Part shown: positions 10,945-23,398 of the stretch, in pieces
Layout of the letters: every line of letters begins with the position of its first letter
How positions within the stretch are numbered: the first letter of the stretch is position 1
Assembly: GCA_904063045.1 (NCBI GenBank)
Contig: CAJFCJ010000005.1
Location: 141,602-179,862, forward strand
Source of the DNA: Dimorphilus gyrociliatus
Taxonomy: Eukaryota; Animalia; Annelida
Reading direction: 5' to 3'
Length of the DNA stretch: 38,261 nt
Made by a program: the position numbers and the translations under genes
The notes under the pieces: model-generated
Databases searched by the model: none
What the model saw: only the letters and a program-made list of their open reading frames with translations
What the model was told of the DNA's origin: nothing

Positions 10945-12110
10945 AGATTTCAGAATATTAAAAATCTCCGAAATCTGCCCATAGGATAAACCTTCTTGGT
11001 GCTTCTTTTAATTAAAGTCTTCTGCAATGGGACAGCAGATGTAATCATTCCCAATTTGTATTCATCCCAAACAGCAAATACTTGGTTCTGCATGTGGATG
11101 ACACTTTTCTTCTGATACTTCTTTAGCCTTTTTTCTGACAGAAGTTTCTCTACAACTGGAATGAAACTTGATTCCTGTTTTAAAATATCTATGAGCATAT
11201 AAAATGAGCCTTTTGCAGGAGTATTTTCATTTATTCTTCTGTGCCATCCTTCAACATTATTGTTGGTCCTGATGGCAAGATCAAATACAGACCAACAATC
11301 TGGTGTCCAAATTGAATGCTTAATCCAAGTACTTTCAATGTATTGGAAAAAATCCAAAAATTCATTTCTCTCAAAGGCCTCATCTTTTAGCATGTAAAAA
11401 CTGTTTAGAATGGCCTCATCTGGAAGAAAAGGTAATGCCAAAACTTGTTTCAGCAGTCCTACCTTCTTCTTTTCCCTATTATATTGTTGTGTGTATCCCA
11501 AATTCTACAATAATTTAATAATAAGGCAAACCACTGAATTCAAATAGAAGCTTATGTACTTTGTTGTATTGCAATTGTAGGAATTTCTGGTTTGTCACAA
11601 CTGTAATTGTCCTTTCCAATCATTTACCAATCTGCCAAAGTACTGGTCCAAGTAGAACCTTTCTTGGAAGCAAATAGTAAAACTCTTTGATTTCTTACAA
11701 CAATATCACTTTGAAGAAAATCATCTTGTATAAATGTTGTATTAATTTCAAAATCAATTTTCTTTGGTTCTTTAGGCCTTGATTTTGGCCTATTGATTAA
11801 TATCAATAGGCTAATCTCCTCAGATTTTCCAGTTTTGGTAGGTTATTTTCATTTATATTTAAATTAGTTAATAGATCTTCAGCAATTGCCCTTCCAGATG
11901 TCTTGATGTTACAGATTGCTCTCAATTCTTTTTTAGCACAAATATTCACAATAAGGCTTTTCCTTTTGTTACTCTTTATGAAAATATTTTCTTTTTTTGT
12001 TGAATAATAACTGGACATTGAATATTATTATTTCTAACAGAACATCTCAGCAATAATATCTTATTGATCTGTAAAGTACACGGAGACATTTTCGAAAAAT
12101 GCTAAGGTGA
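10945..12110 (-). mobile_element. Mutator-like (MULE) transposase remnant with FLYWCH-like N-terminus
   Basis: ALPFLP..FFQYIESTW..WSVFDLAIRTNNNVEGWHRRIN (MULE C-terminal signature); RVLLFAS; LPKLENLRR; LRCSVRNNNIQCPV. Internally deleted and frameshifted. Confidence 0.82.
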
Positions 12111-15100
12111 AATAATATGCCTTTGAGGAAAAAAGCTTTGTGAATGTGTAAATAATGGGATTGGCTGCCAATGTACCTGTCAGCAAATATTTCCCACCCT
12201 GAAAACATTTTAGGAAAAGATTAGTTTGAATATTTCGATGAATTTATTGTTAGAAGGGCTCCAATTTAGGGTTAGGGAATACAAAAAACACAGATATTAC
12301 ACTCAACTTCTGATATATTAAGGTAAGCTTCAACCCTCCATGGGTTCGTTTGCACCGCCACCCGTAAATAATATCTAGATATGCTGCATAACACATTAAA
12401 AGACATACGTTGATAAAATTCTATAGAATCACACTTACACTACAAATATTTGACTAAAATGGGCCAAAAATGAAAGTTGGAAAACACAGAATTAAATATT
12501 CTTAGTTACTTTATTGACAATTCTTCGTTTATTCGTTCGCCTTTGAAGAGAGACAGTTTAAAAGTCTAATTCTTTAAAAAGAATGGCAACTCATCCTCCA
12601 GAATCATCTTTGCCGGTAAATAAAATATTTACAGTATTTAAAAAGTTTAATACACTATTTTTCCTATAATCTATTAAAATTTAAAGAAAAATGAATGCAA
12701 AATCTTTAAGAATTAAATATTTCATTTCTTTGACCAGATTGTATTATTAAACAAAATACCTTGAGTTGACTGCTCTTTTCAGAAGGAGATGATTATTTTT
12801 CATGGAGAAATTTGTATTGAAACATATAAAGAGATTGAATCAAGAAATAAGACCGCAGATTCTTCATTGACAGAAAAGACTGCACATTCTTCATCGACAG
12901 AAAAGACTGCAGATTCTTCATCGACAGAAAAGACTCCAGATTCTTCTTCATCAAGAGATAAAACCGCAGATTCTTCTTCTTCAAAAAAAGAGATTGCAGC
13001 ATCACTTTCAACAATAATTTTATCAAAACTAAAAGAAAACTTTTCTATTGATAGATTTGATCTAACAATTGTCTGTCATCCTTCAAATGACACATTTGAT
13101 GAGCAAAAAGAAGAGATTGAAAACAAATTTATAGAGAATTTTATAGATATTCTTAAAGAAAAGAAAGTATTAATAACATCGGATAGTCTTGAATATCCTG
13201 CATTGAAATTACTATTAAAAAGTATTAAAAAATATGAGGAAAATGGAGGTTGTCCTGTTCCAATAGTTATATATAATCCAAAAGAAAACGATGAGGGAAA
13301 TGTTAATTATTTATCGATTGTTGATGATTTGAAGAGAGAGATGGAAAATGATGTAATTCATTTGATTTTTGATGAAAATGATGATAATTTATTAAAAATA
13401 CAAAACTGTTTAGAAAAGAGACAAGATGTAATATGGTTGAACAATAAAAATAAACATCGTTTAGCTAACAAGGTGACAAAAAATACTGAATGGTTAAGAA
13501 TAGCCGATGAAAAGAGAGACGACTTTCTCAAGATAATTATATTCAATATAATTAATAAAAAGAAAATATTTGGAAGAAAATCATATTTATCTGATATTGG
13601 AGTAAATTGTATGGTTAAAAACTTTCCTAATTTCAACATGAAACCAAACTTTATAATACAACTACCATATTCAACTCTATCTGATGATAATATTCAACAA
13701 ATTAAGCATCATCTAACAGAAAATGCATCATTATTTTTAACTGATGGAAAACCAAATAGATTATTGGCAAAAGCTACAAATGACAACAAATCTATATGGT
13801 GTGGATTTGTAAAGGGTGAACATAATACAATCAAAAATAAAGATAGTGTAAGTCAAGAGACATTAAAGGGTGCCGGTTTGGACCTAAATCATCAATATTT
13901 CTATTTTCTTGGAGAAGATGAGGATGAAATGGAAACTAAAGAAGCATTCATTAAACATGTTCAGACACAACATGAAAAGGTTATTGATGTCTTAATTAAT
14001 TTTGAAGGCAATAGTAATGATGAGGTTATTCAAAGGTTAAAGTCTAAAAAATATATTATTTCTCCAACTGAAATAAAAGATGAGAAGATGAATGAAGAGT
14101 GCAAGAAATATTTGAAAACATTCAAAAAAGAGGAAAATGGTTTAAAAGACTGTCTTCAAGAGATTTATGAAGAAAATTATCCATCCTTATTTATTGATGA
14201 ACAAGACAACGAAACTGTAAAAAATACTTTGAAAGAAAGGAAAGATATACTGAAAGGCAAACATTTATTTATAACATTTAACAATAATGACGAGCACGAT
14301 AACTTTGATAATCAGTTTATGAGAATCTTTGAAAAGAAATTTAATGTAGTTGTAAAAGTATTCAAACCATTGATATTAATTGATGGATGTTCAAAATTAT
14401 TAGGACCCTGTAAAAAGGCGACACAAGAAAAGAAAATTAAATTATATAGTACAGAACCGTCATGTCTTGAACATAGCTCAAAGGAGGAGTGCCCTAATCA
14501 TAAAGAGAAATATGACCACTATAAATCACTTAAAAAATCATTTCTCCCTAAAGCGATATTGCAGAAACAAATTATACAAGCGGAAGATAAAATTCCTGAT
14601 TTCTATTTAATTTCAATATTAATAGTAATTGGCGGTGAAATATACAAAACTCTACAAGAAATATGCAACATACTAACAGTGAAAAATGATAGAATTGATA
14701 AAAAACCTAATGTATTTATCATTAGAAAATGTGGAAAAACATCATTATTTCTTTATAGATTTATTTCTATAATTAAATCTGAAAAGGCAGAAAGTGAAAT
14801 TTCCGATTTATGGAAAAAGAAGATAAAAAATCTTACAATGACAAAAAAAGTAGATGAATGTTTTGAATTGTGTAAAACAATTTCTAAATACAAAGATCAA
14901 ATTCATATAGTTAATTTATATAAAGAAGATTTAAAAACTGCTATTGAAGATGCCTATTTCAACAAATTAAATGATGATGATCAATTTGAATTGGCAATCC
15001 GCTGGGGAATTACTCATAGACAGTTTAAGGAAGATTTTGATCCTTACATTGAAAAAGAAAAATTTCAAAATTACCAAGAATTCTTTACAGATTCCTTAAA

Positions 15101-18100
15101 AAGTGACAATAAACGTGTCGTTGAAATAGTTCATAGTATTTTTCCAGATGTAACAAAGACTTTCTACCCTGATGAACTTTTTACACTTTCACTTAACAAC
15201 GTTAAAGGTTTTAAATTCATTCAGAATTTAGAGAAAAAGCCAATTGTTGTCTTAGAAAAGTTAAATGGTGAAGGGAAATCGATTAAAGACTACAATTTGC
15301 GTCTTGAAGAGTTTAATAAGAAACAATCTGTGAAGGGGCTGAAAAACTCTTAAGCATTTTGAATAATGAAGCCTTTAATAAAAATAAAGAAGCTCAAGAT
15401 CATAAAAAAAAGCTTAATAATTTCAAAGAAGAGTTTAAGAATGCCGTACTGAATTTATTTAATGAACATTTTGATAAGAATTCTTCAGTTTATAGCTCAC
15501 TGGAAAATAAATTGTTAGATGGTGATGACATAACATTCATATTTGCTTGGTCGATTATTGCCAACAAGACAAAAGTCTCGGAATACTTTTGGCTGAAGAG
15601 TAACAATCCTTTAAAATTGGCTATATTTGCTTTTGGAATTTTAAAACGGGCTAGGAAAGAGGCAATCAAGGAATATGATACTTTTTTAGCTACATCCTTG
15701 TTAGAGAGGAAACAAGTTTGGAAAGACAAAGCCCTTAGATATTTAAATGATGCTTGTGAAAATGATAAAAACATTATTGACAAAAAAGTAAAGGAAGAAG
15801 CGAAGCAGAGACCAAATTCCATAGACTCTGCTAGAGCTGTAAGATTTAAAGAATATATTGCCAGTGCATTTGGCCAATGGTATTTGAATGAATTATGGCA
15901 AGGAAACTTGGGCAATGGAACCAATTTTTCACCAAGAGTAAAATTTTGGATAGCTCTCGTAAGTATGATATTTAATTAACTGTTCTAATTTTCTAATTTT
16001 ACCATTCAATCAACAGATACTCCATCTTCTATGTTTATTCACATTCTCCTTCTATTATTTAATTGATCTTCAACCAAAAACTGATAAATCTTTACATGGT
16101 AGCGAAGTGGCTTTTTACTTTTTCCTTAGTCTTATTGTACTGATGGAAATAAGTCAGGTAACAAATTCATTCCCATAATTCACTGTAATGACAATTTCTG
16201 TCTTCCCCTCCCTCCCCTCTACCTCCCCCATATAAAATAGATAAAAGAGCTGAGTCTTCTACAATATTGGAAACATTTGACAGATGATATTTGGAATATT
16301 CTTGAATTGCTTATATTCATTTTCTGTTTACTATCAGTAATACTTATTTTTGTAATACCAAACAAGAACTTTGCAGTTGTAAGAAGCTTTTACGCCATTT
16401 CAATTTCGTTGTTTTATTTGAGAACTGCACTATTCTTATACAATTGGCAAGCATTTGGAATAAGGCTAATTATGATTTTTGAAATGATTAAAGATACAGG
16501 AGTAATGATTCCAATATTCTTAATATTTATATTGGCCTATGGAGTTGCCCTACAAGGACTTTTATATCCCAATTTTCCACTTGGACTTACCCTTTTCAAA
16601 AATATTGTATACGTGCCATATTGGCAAATATACGGAGAATTATTTCTTGAAGAAATTACGGGAAATGATGAAGAATCGTGTAATTCAACATCTATAAATG
16701 GTAGCAGCGATCGTTGTCCACAAAATTCAGCAGTAGCAGTAATACTGATGGCAATTTATCTATTTGGAGCTATTATTGTGTTGGTTAATTTGCTTATTGC
16801 TATGTTTGCAAGTACATATAATAGAATTGAAGCGAGATCTGAAATTATTTATCGTTATAAAAGATACGACTTCAATTATAGTTTTCACTTTTTTTTCCGC
16901 TTAGGAGTAAGTAGTTAACCGACCAATTAGAATTCTTTGTTCACTTTTTATGTTCAACATTCATTTCAGATTTTCAGGACTGCTATTGAAAAATTATGGT
17001 CCTGTTTTAAAAGGTGTTATAAAAGGTCTACTGCAAAAGTGGGGACTACAGTGTAGAGAACCGTTAACATTTTTGTCATCATTAGTAATTCTTTGAGAAT
17101 GAATGCGTGAACGATTTAGCCTGTTGAAGAGAGTAATATCGCAATAGTGTAAAATGTTGATTTATCTAAATAGCTGATTATCACCTGTCAGAACATGTTC
17201 CTTTTAACAAAATATAATATATTTCTACTAGAAGAAACTGGTAATTATTGAATTTAGAAATCGTTCTCTTTTGGCTGAAACCTTAGACTTAATAGTTTCT
17301 GTCCCTATCACCTATGACAACTGTGTTCAATAAGTGACCATTTAATCAATATCCTCAAAGGTGAAGGTTATAAAAAAAAGCATATTCAGTTCAAACGTGA
17401 CTACACAATCAGGAAATTTTCTCTATATAGTGTGGCGTAATTTGCAGTTTTTCCCATTTTTACAGTTATATAATTTTGAGATCAACATGACAGAAGAAAC
17501 TAAAATAGTTCAGAAATATTGTCCTTTAAGTAAATTAACTGCTGATAATCTGAACAATTTATCAGAAGATTTCTCAAATATACCGCAAGAAAATATACAG
17601 TACAATGTAACAGAATTTTTAAATCTATTGCAGTTGAAGATTTGTAGTAAAAATGGATACAGCGAAAATTCACCTGGAGCTAGAGGATTACAAATAATTT
17701 TTGATCGCTTTAAATTTATTTATGATAAGTAAGTAGAAAGAATAAGAGAGAACAACAGCTCTCTTTCCCCTTCCTCCCGCTCTTCCCTCATCTCTCTACC
17801 ATTATTCAATTACATTATGTAATAAAAAGAATTGTTTTCAATTATCTTACAGTAAAATGTCCGATAATGTTAGTAAATGGAAGCCAATTTGTAAGAAATT
17901 AATGATAATAATCCTAGCCGTTTACGAAGAGAATTGCGTATCATGCGGTAATATTCCTTTTCTAATGAACTTTTTCGAATTACAAAACTTTGGCGATTAT
18001 CTACAAGTAATCAATAAATATAGTTTTTAATTAATAATTTAAATTAATAACAATTAAACGTCTCTTCTTATCAGAAAGAAATTAAAGAAAATGAGATAAA

Positions 18101-18302
18101 AAAGCTTTTAAAAGTTCTTTGTCAGGAGGACATTAAACTTTGGAAAGCGATCGAAATGTTCAATTATGGTGTGATACGTACGATTCTATAGCTAGAAGAT
18201 TCTTTTATGAAATATCGTTAGTATTATTACGTAATAACGATTGTATTGCGTATAAATTCTACTCTTGTACATACAAAATGTAGGAAATCGAAGGATGCTA
18301 TT
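11852..18302 (+). repeat. Segmental duplication, copy B
   Basis: Direct repeat of 1-6457. Confidence 0.97.
12583..17056 (+). pseudogene. TRPM: TRPM-like channel copy B with a 1-bp deletion at ~15329 (real pseudogene or consensus error)
   Basis: caatcgtgtgaag in copy A versus caatctgtgaag here. This splits the 1063-aa ORF into 854-aa and 206-aa ORFs; otherwise the protein is identical. Confidence 0.8.
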
Positions 18303-21300
18303 ACAAAATGTAGGCCTGAAATATTGAAAGGATTCTTTATATGGATTGGTAGGATGGCTGAAGATAAAACTACGCAACATTTATCGGCAAATATGATAGT
18401 ATTATTTAGAGATATATCGGAGAATTCCCTACAGAACAAAGGTGTACATCTTCTCTTCGAAGTAAGATTTTTAAAATTGAACATTCAATAGAAATTTCAT
18501 ACGCCTATCCAATTACTTAAGAATTCGGACGGAAACTGTCTAAACAGCTTTGTAACGGAAGTGACAAAACTATTAACTCTTACAAAGTATCCTCCATCGA
18601 ATAAAGTTCACCAAGCTATTCTATTCTTAATAGACCAATGCTACTTTCAATCTATAAAGTGAGTTAAAGCAATAAAGAATCGAAACGAATTTTTCAACGT
18701 AATCCTTTGTTTCATACAGAAATTCAACAAATTCAAGATTCTTTGCTAAACTCTATGAGTTATATTCGAAATTTGAATATTCATCAAATCGGAAAATTGA
18801 TGAATTATTTGCGAATATAAGTGAATATTTTAATGATAAATTATCCTTCATAAGTATCATTAGATAGAGTAAAGATTTCTTCCTCTTTATCATAATTATC
18901 TTCAATGCAGTTGTCNNNNNNNNNNNNNNNNNNNNNNNNNNNNNNNNNNNNNNNNNNNNNNNNNNNNNNNNNNNNNNNNNNNNNNNNNNNNNNNNNNNNN
19001 NNNNNNNNNNNNNNNNNNNNNNNNNNNNNNNNNNNNNNNNNNNNNNNNNNNNNNNNNNNNNNNNNNNNNNNNNNNNNNNNNNNNNNNNNNNNNNNNNNNN
19101 NNNNNNNNNNNNNNNNNNNNNNNNNNNNNNNNNNNNNNNNNNAATTGAAAATCCTTTCAAGGATATCTGCAAAGAATTCTTTGAAGATTGCGTAGAACGT
19201 TCGCAAATGGTTAATATTCAAGGGACGCTGATCTATTCTTAATGTCATTTAATTTAATGTACATGTACCAATGGGTAATAGCAGGGAAGCCAAAGAAGCA
19301 TTTGAGCAATTGTACAGATATGTCAATTAATTAAGTTGGTTTAATATCAACAAACAACAATAATGAATTATTAGTAATTAATTAATTAATTAATTAATTT
19401 TAATTAGAAATAATATCGAAATCCCAAAAATAAAGACCTATTTAAACGGCATTGTGGAAAAGGCTTTTGATTTTAATAGCGTCGCTTATCAAGAGGCTTG
19501 TTCTCAATTTTTATACGAATTAGATGGAAGGTAAAACTAAGATAATATGTTTTTGTCATCTAATATACATTATCTATTATAGGATGACTTTAGAACCTTT
19601 CATAATATACTGAAAAAACTTCGAAGGAACGTTGAACGAAACGCGAATCTTTTCTATAGTCAAGATTCAATTGTTGGATGACTCAACTTCTCATTGAAAA
19701 GATGGATGCTTGTAATAGGTAACTTTTAAGTTATTTTAATTAACCATACCTTTCTATTACCATTTCTCTTCGTAGTAAAAATGAAAGGTTTAAGGAATTG
19801 ACGGATAGTTACGGTAATTTATTCAACGCTTGTTACGGTCTTCCGTGGCTATTTGAATGGGATGCTGAAGTATTTTCAAAACACCAGTTACAAGCGATTA
19901 TCAAAGGAGAACGTTACCTGGACAAATTCTAGAAAGTTCTATGAAAAACATTTATCTAAAGTAAATTTTATGGCAATTTCAATACTCTTGTAAAAACTAA
20001 ATAGATTTTCATTTCTCTCATTTAGAATAGAAATTTACACGAATTCATTAAACCGATTGTTGGTTCATTAAATAAGATTAAAAAGCAGGAAACTGATGAA
20101 ACTTTACAGGTAATATACAATCAATTCTTACATTTTGATTTATTCCTATTATGTTTAGAAATTGGCGGCAGAAATTTTAGCCAAATTACCAGAAAATATG
20201 GTACTTTTAAGTGATGATGGAGGCAACGATACAATTACAGAATTTCTAAATACTAAGAATATTGATTTATTAGGTAAATATATTCTATATTTGAAGTGAA
20301 AGATAAAGTAAAAAATTGATGATTTTCCGTCTTAAGAAACGATTGCGAAAATTTATCCAAGTTGCAGTGATATTATTCATGAGAATCTAGAGTTTTTCAT
20401 TGAAGTAACCGAAGAGAATACCGAACATTATACATATAGTATGTTACATTTATTGAAAAAAGTAGCCGAACAAGATCCAAGGGAGATTAACTCATCAGTT
20501 TTTGATTATTTAATAAATTCTCTTAGAATATCTTATGGAACGACGGCTTGTCTAGCTCTTCAGAAGTTGGCTATATCAAAATTCGATTTATTCAATGGCT
20601 ACCATGACAAAATTGAACAGATTGTTAAATCTTATAAGAACGGTGTATTTTATTTACAACTATTGGCTGATTTAAGTCAAACAGCGGCATTAGGGGAAAA
20701 GTACGCTAAAGTTATTTGGGAAATGTTCAAGACGGGAGGTCAAGACTATAGAGCCAATTGTTTATCAGCCCTTCGTAATGTTGCCGTTAGACAAAGGGAG
20801 GCTGTTGAACGTTATAAACATGACATTGAACAATTAAAAACCGACCTAAGTATTAAAGATTGGGTCATGCTCGTTCTAGATGTTTTGGAAGGTAGATCCT
20901 TAGAAAAAGTTTCAAATGACCTCATTGAACAAAGGGAAGATATTGATAACTTGAACGTTAGAGTTACTAATAACGAAGGAAAGATTGAATATCTCGATAA
21001 CGAAGTTAAAGACACTAAAGCCGAGATTAAGGTTGTTAAACTAGACGTTCAAGAAACGAAAGAGCGTCTCAGTCAAATGGAATATACAATGAAAGGACTC
21101 GACGAAAGAGTTGAACAACTCGGCTATATGACTCTTTCCCACGCTCCAGCTTGGTCTCGTCACGTTTCGGACCTAATGAATAATCAAGCTGATAACGATT
21201 GGAGATTACTCGCAATGAAACTTAATTATACAAATGATGATATTCGTAATTGGGCTACTCAGCCAGATCCATGCCTCTCGCTATTGGACGAATGGTTTGC

Positions 21301-22783
21301 CACCCACAAAACAAGGGAAGCCACTTTCGCTATATTAAATAATCTTAAAGATATGAATAGATTAGACGCCGTTGAAGTAGTTGAAAATGCCCTTGCCGCC
21401 GTAAAAGATGTTGTTACTGAGGAAACGGATGAAGTATTTGAAAAGCCCGAAATATTTCTCAGCTATCAATGGGGACATCAACAAGAGGTGAAATTATTAA
21501 AGAAACACCTGGAAATGGCAGGATTTAAAGCGTGGATGGATATTGGTCAAATGGGTGGTGGAGATAAACTATACGCAAAAATAGACGATGGTGTTCGATC
21601 GGCAAAAGTCATCATTAATTGTGTCAGCGAAAAATACGCTCAATCGGCAAATTGTTGTAGAGAAGTTAATCTATCAACTAATCTTGGTAAACCAATGATC
21701 CCTTTACTTATGGAACAGCTTTCCTGGCCTCCTCCAGGACCAATGGGTCCTATAATGTCTGAATATCTCTATATCAAATTTTTCAAATCCAACGACGTTG
21801 AAAAGGATAATAAAGTATTTTGGATGTCGGCAAAGTTTCAAGAACTACTTATGCAATTGAGATACTACGCAGCTCCCGACGTTGAACTCATTAAGAAGGA
21901 TTCTCTCTATTACGGTTGGATGACTCCACCGGAAGAAGTGATTGTAATTCCCGATAGAAAGCAGAAAGTTGGAAATAATAATTCTAAGAAAGAAGAGAAA
22001 ACCGTAGAAAACGAAAAAAGTCCCGACGTTTTCATATCTTATCAATGGGATAAACAAGAACAAATTAAACGTCTTTATAAGAAACTTACCGAAATGGGAT
22101 ATCATTGTTGGTTGGATATTATGCAAATGGGAGGAGGTGATTCGCTATTTGATAAAATTGATAAAGGGATAAGAGGCGCTAAAATTGTCGTATCGTGTGT
22201 AACTAAAAAGTACGCTTTGAGCGTCAATTGTAAAAGAGAAGTTTCCCTATCATCCGCCTTGAACAAACCGATTATACCTCTTCTATTAGAAAATATGTCT
22301 TGGCCACCGGAAGGTCAAATGTCAATGATATTTACTCAACTGTTGTACATAGGATTTCATAAAAAAGAAAATTCAAGTTTGTGGCAAGGAGATGAATTTG
22401 ATCAATTAACGTCTAAGATTGATACAAACATTACTCCGTCCAACGATATTAACGATGAAGACGAGCTTGATAATTCTCAGGAAACTAAACAAACTGTTGT
22501 GGAAGCAGCGAAAACGGGTAGTTTAAAGGAAAGTAGTGAAAAGAGGAAAGAAGTTAAAAATAAAATGAACGAAAAGAAGAAGGACGAAGAAGTTGAGAAG
22601 AGAAATGCCGAGAGAGAGAGAGAAGAGAAGAGAAATGCCGAAAGACAAAGAGAAGAGAAGAGAAATGAAGAAAATAAAATGAACAACGAAAGAAAGGTTG
22701 CAAAAAAGGAGAATGAATCATCAACAAGAAGAGAAGTGGATAATCCACCTCCGAAGAAATCTTCAACTTGTACTATATTATAA
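17487..22783 (+). CDS. Multi-exon protein: helical (ARM/HEAT-like?) N-terminus, coiled coil, Death domain, TIR, TIR, charged tail, CaaX
   Basis: Predicted exons include 17487-17728, 17853-18006, 18075-18216, 18284-18461, 18522-18658, 20026-20109, 20159-20273 and 20337-22783. Heptad coil ~20900-21125. Death-domain pattern DWRLLAMKLNY..IRNW..PCLSLLDEW..LKDMNRLDAV ~21150-21400. TIR_2 motifs IFLSYQW..WMDI..GGG..IDDGVRSAKV..VSEKY..SANCCREV (~21445-21865) and VFISYQW..WLDI..CKREV (~22020-22435). Ends CTIL. The 5' exons carry apparent indels in this assembly and span the N gap. Confidence 0.85.
18916..19142. other. Assembly gap (227 N)
   Basis: Run of N. The flanks match the inverted copy, where the equivalent interval (7178-7407) is 230 bp. 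Confidence 1.
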
Positions 22784-23228
22784 ATTGAAAGTATAAAACA
22801 TGACAAAACGTAACTTTCGAGCTTAAAGTTAAAAATGAACGATCTCAGCGATTGTTTAATACGATTTCTATATGTTTCTCTAACCTTATTAAAGACTTTC
22901 CTATCCGTTTTGAATATATTAAAAACGTGGCTTAAACGTTGAGTGGGAGTTGGGGGAATTGAAAGAGAGTTTAATGATTGATTAATTCTTTCATAAATTG
23001 CTATTGCAGTACCAAATGTTTGGTTGTCATATTTTCTAAATAGACGTAATAAGAACATTAAAAGTATACTCAATTAATTAAAATAGGTTTATATGATTGT
23101 CATAAATACATAAAAGATATAAGTACTAATATTTATTCCCCTTATACTACAATTTAGATGTTAAAATATCAAGATAATGCAGATAAAATTGATGAACTAT
23201 CGCTTGCTTAAAACTTGTATTTATTCCT

Positions 23229-23231
<3 letters not shown>

Positions 23232-23263
<32 letters not shown>
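23232..23263. repeat. (GA)n microsatellite
   Basis: About 16 consecutive GA units. Confidence 0.97.
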
Positions 23264-23267
<4 letters not shown>

Positions 23268-23398
23268 CAACATCCAACACCGTAAATCAGCAAATGATAC
23301 AAAACAGGGAAAAGGTAGGGGGAGGGTCGGATAAATTCTAAAATGAACATTTTAAACTATGCCAAAATGCTGAGGGAAGATTGATATCTGGAATTCTT

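Noticed and set aside
18753-19248. ORFs with long X runs
   Set aside because: Artefacts of the N gap.
22594-22680. Three ~30-bp EKRNAER repeats in the TIR gene tail
   Set aside because: Ordinary low-complexity charged linker; not a CRISPR array or separate element.
20812-23073. Minus-strand ORFs within or overlapping the TIR gene, including the hydrophobic 198-aa ORF
   Set aside because: Antisense of coding sequence. The Phe/Leu/Ser richness is the reverse complement of the Lys/Glu/Arg tail.
23147-23350. 67-aa ORF with SLSLSL
   Set aside because: Produced by the (GA)n microsatellite.
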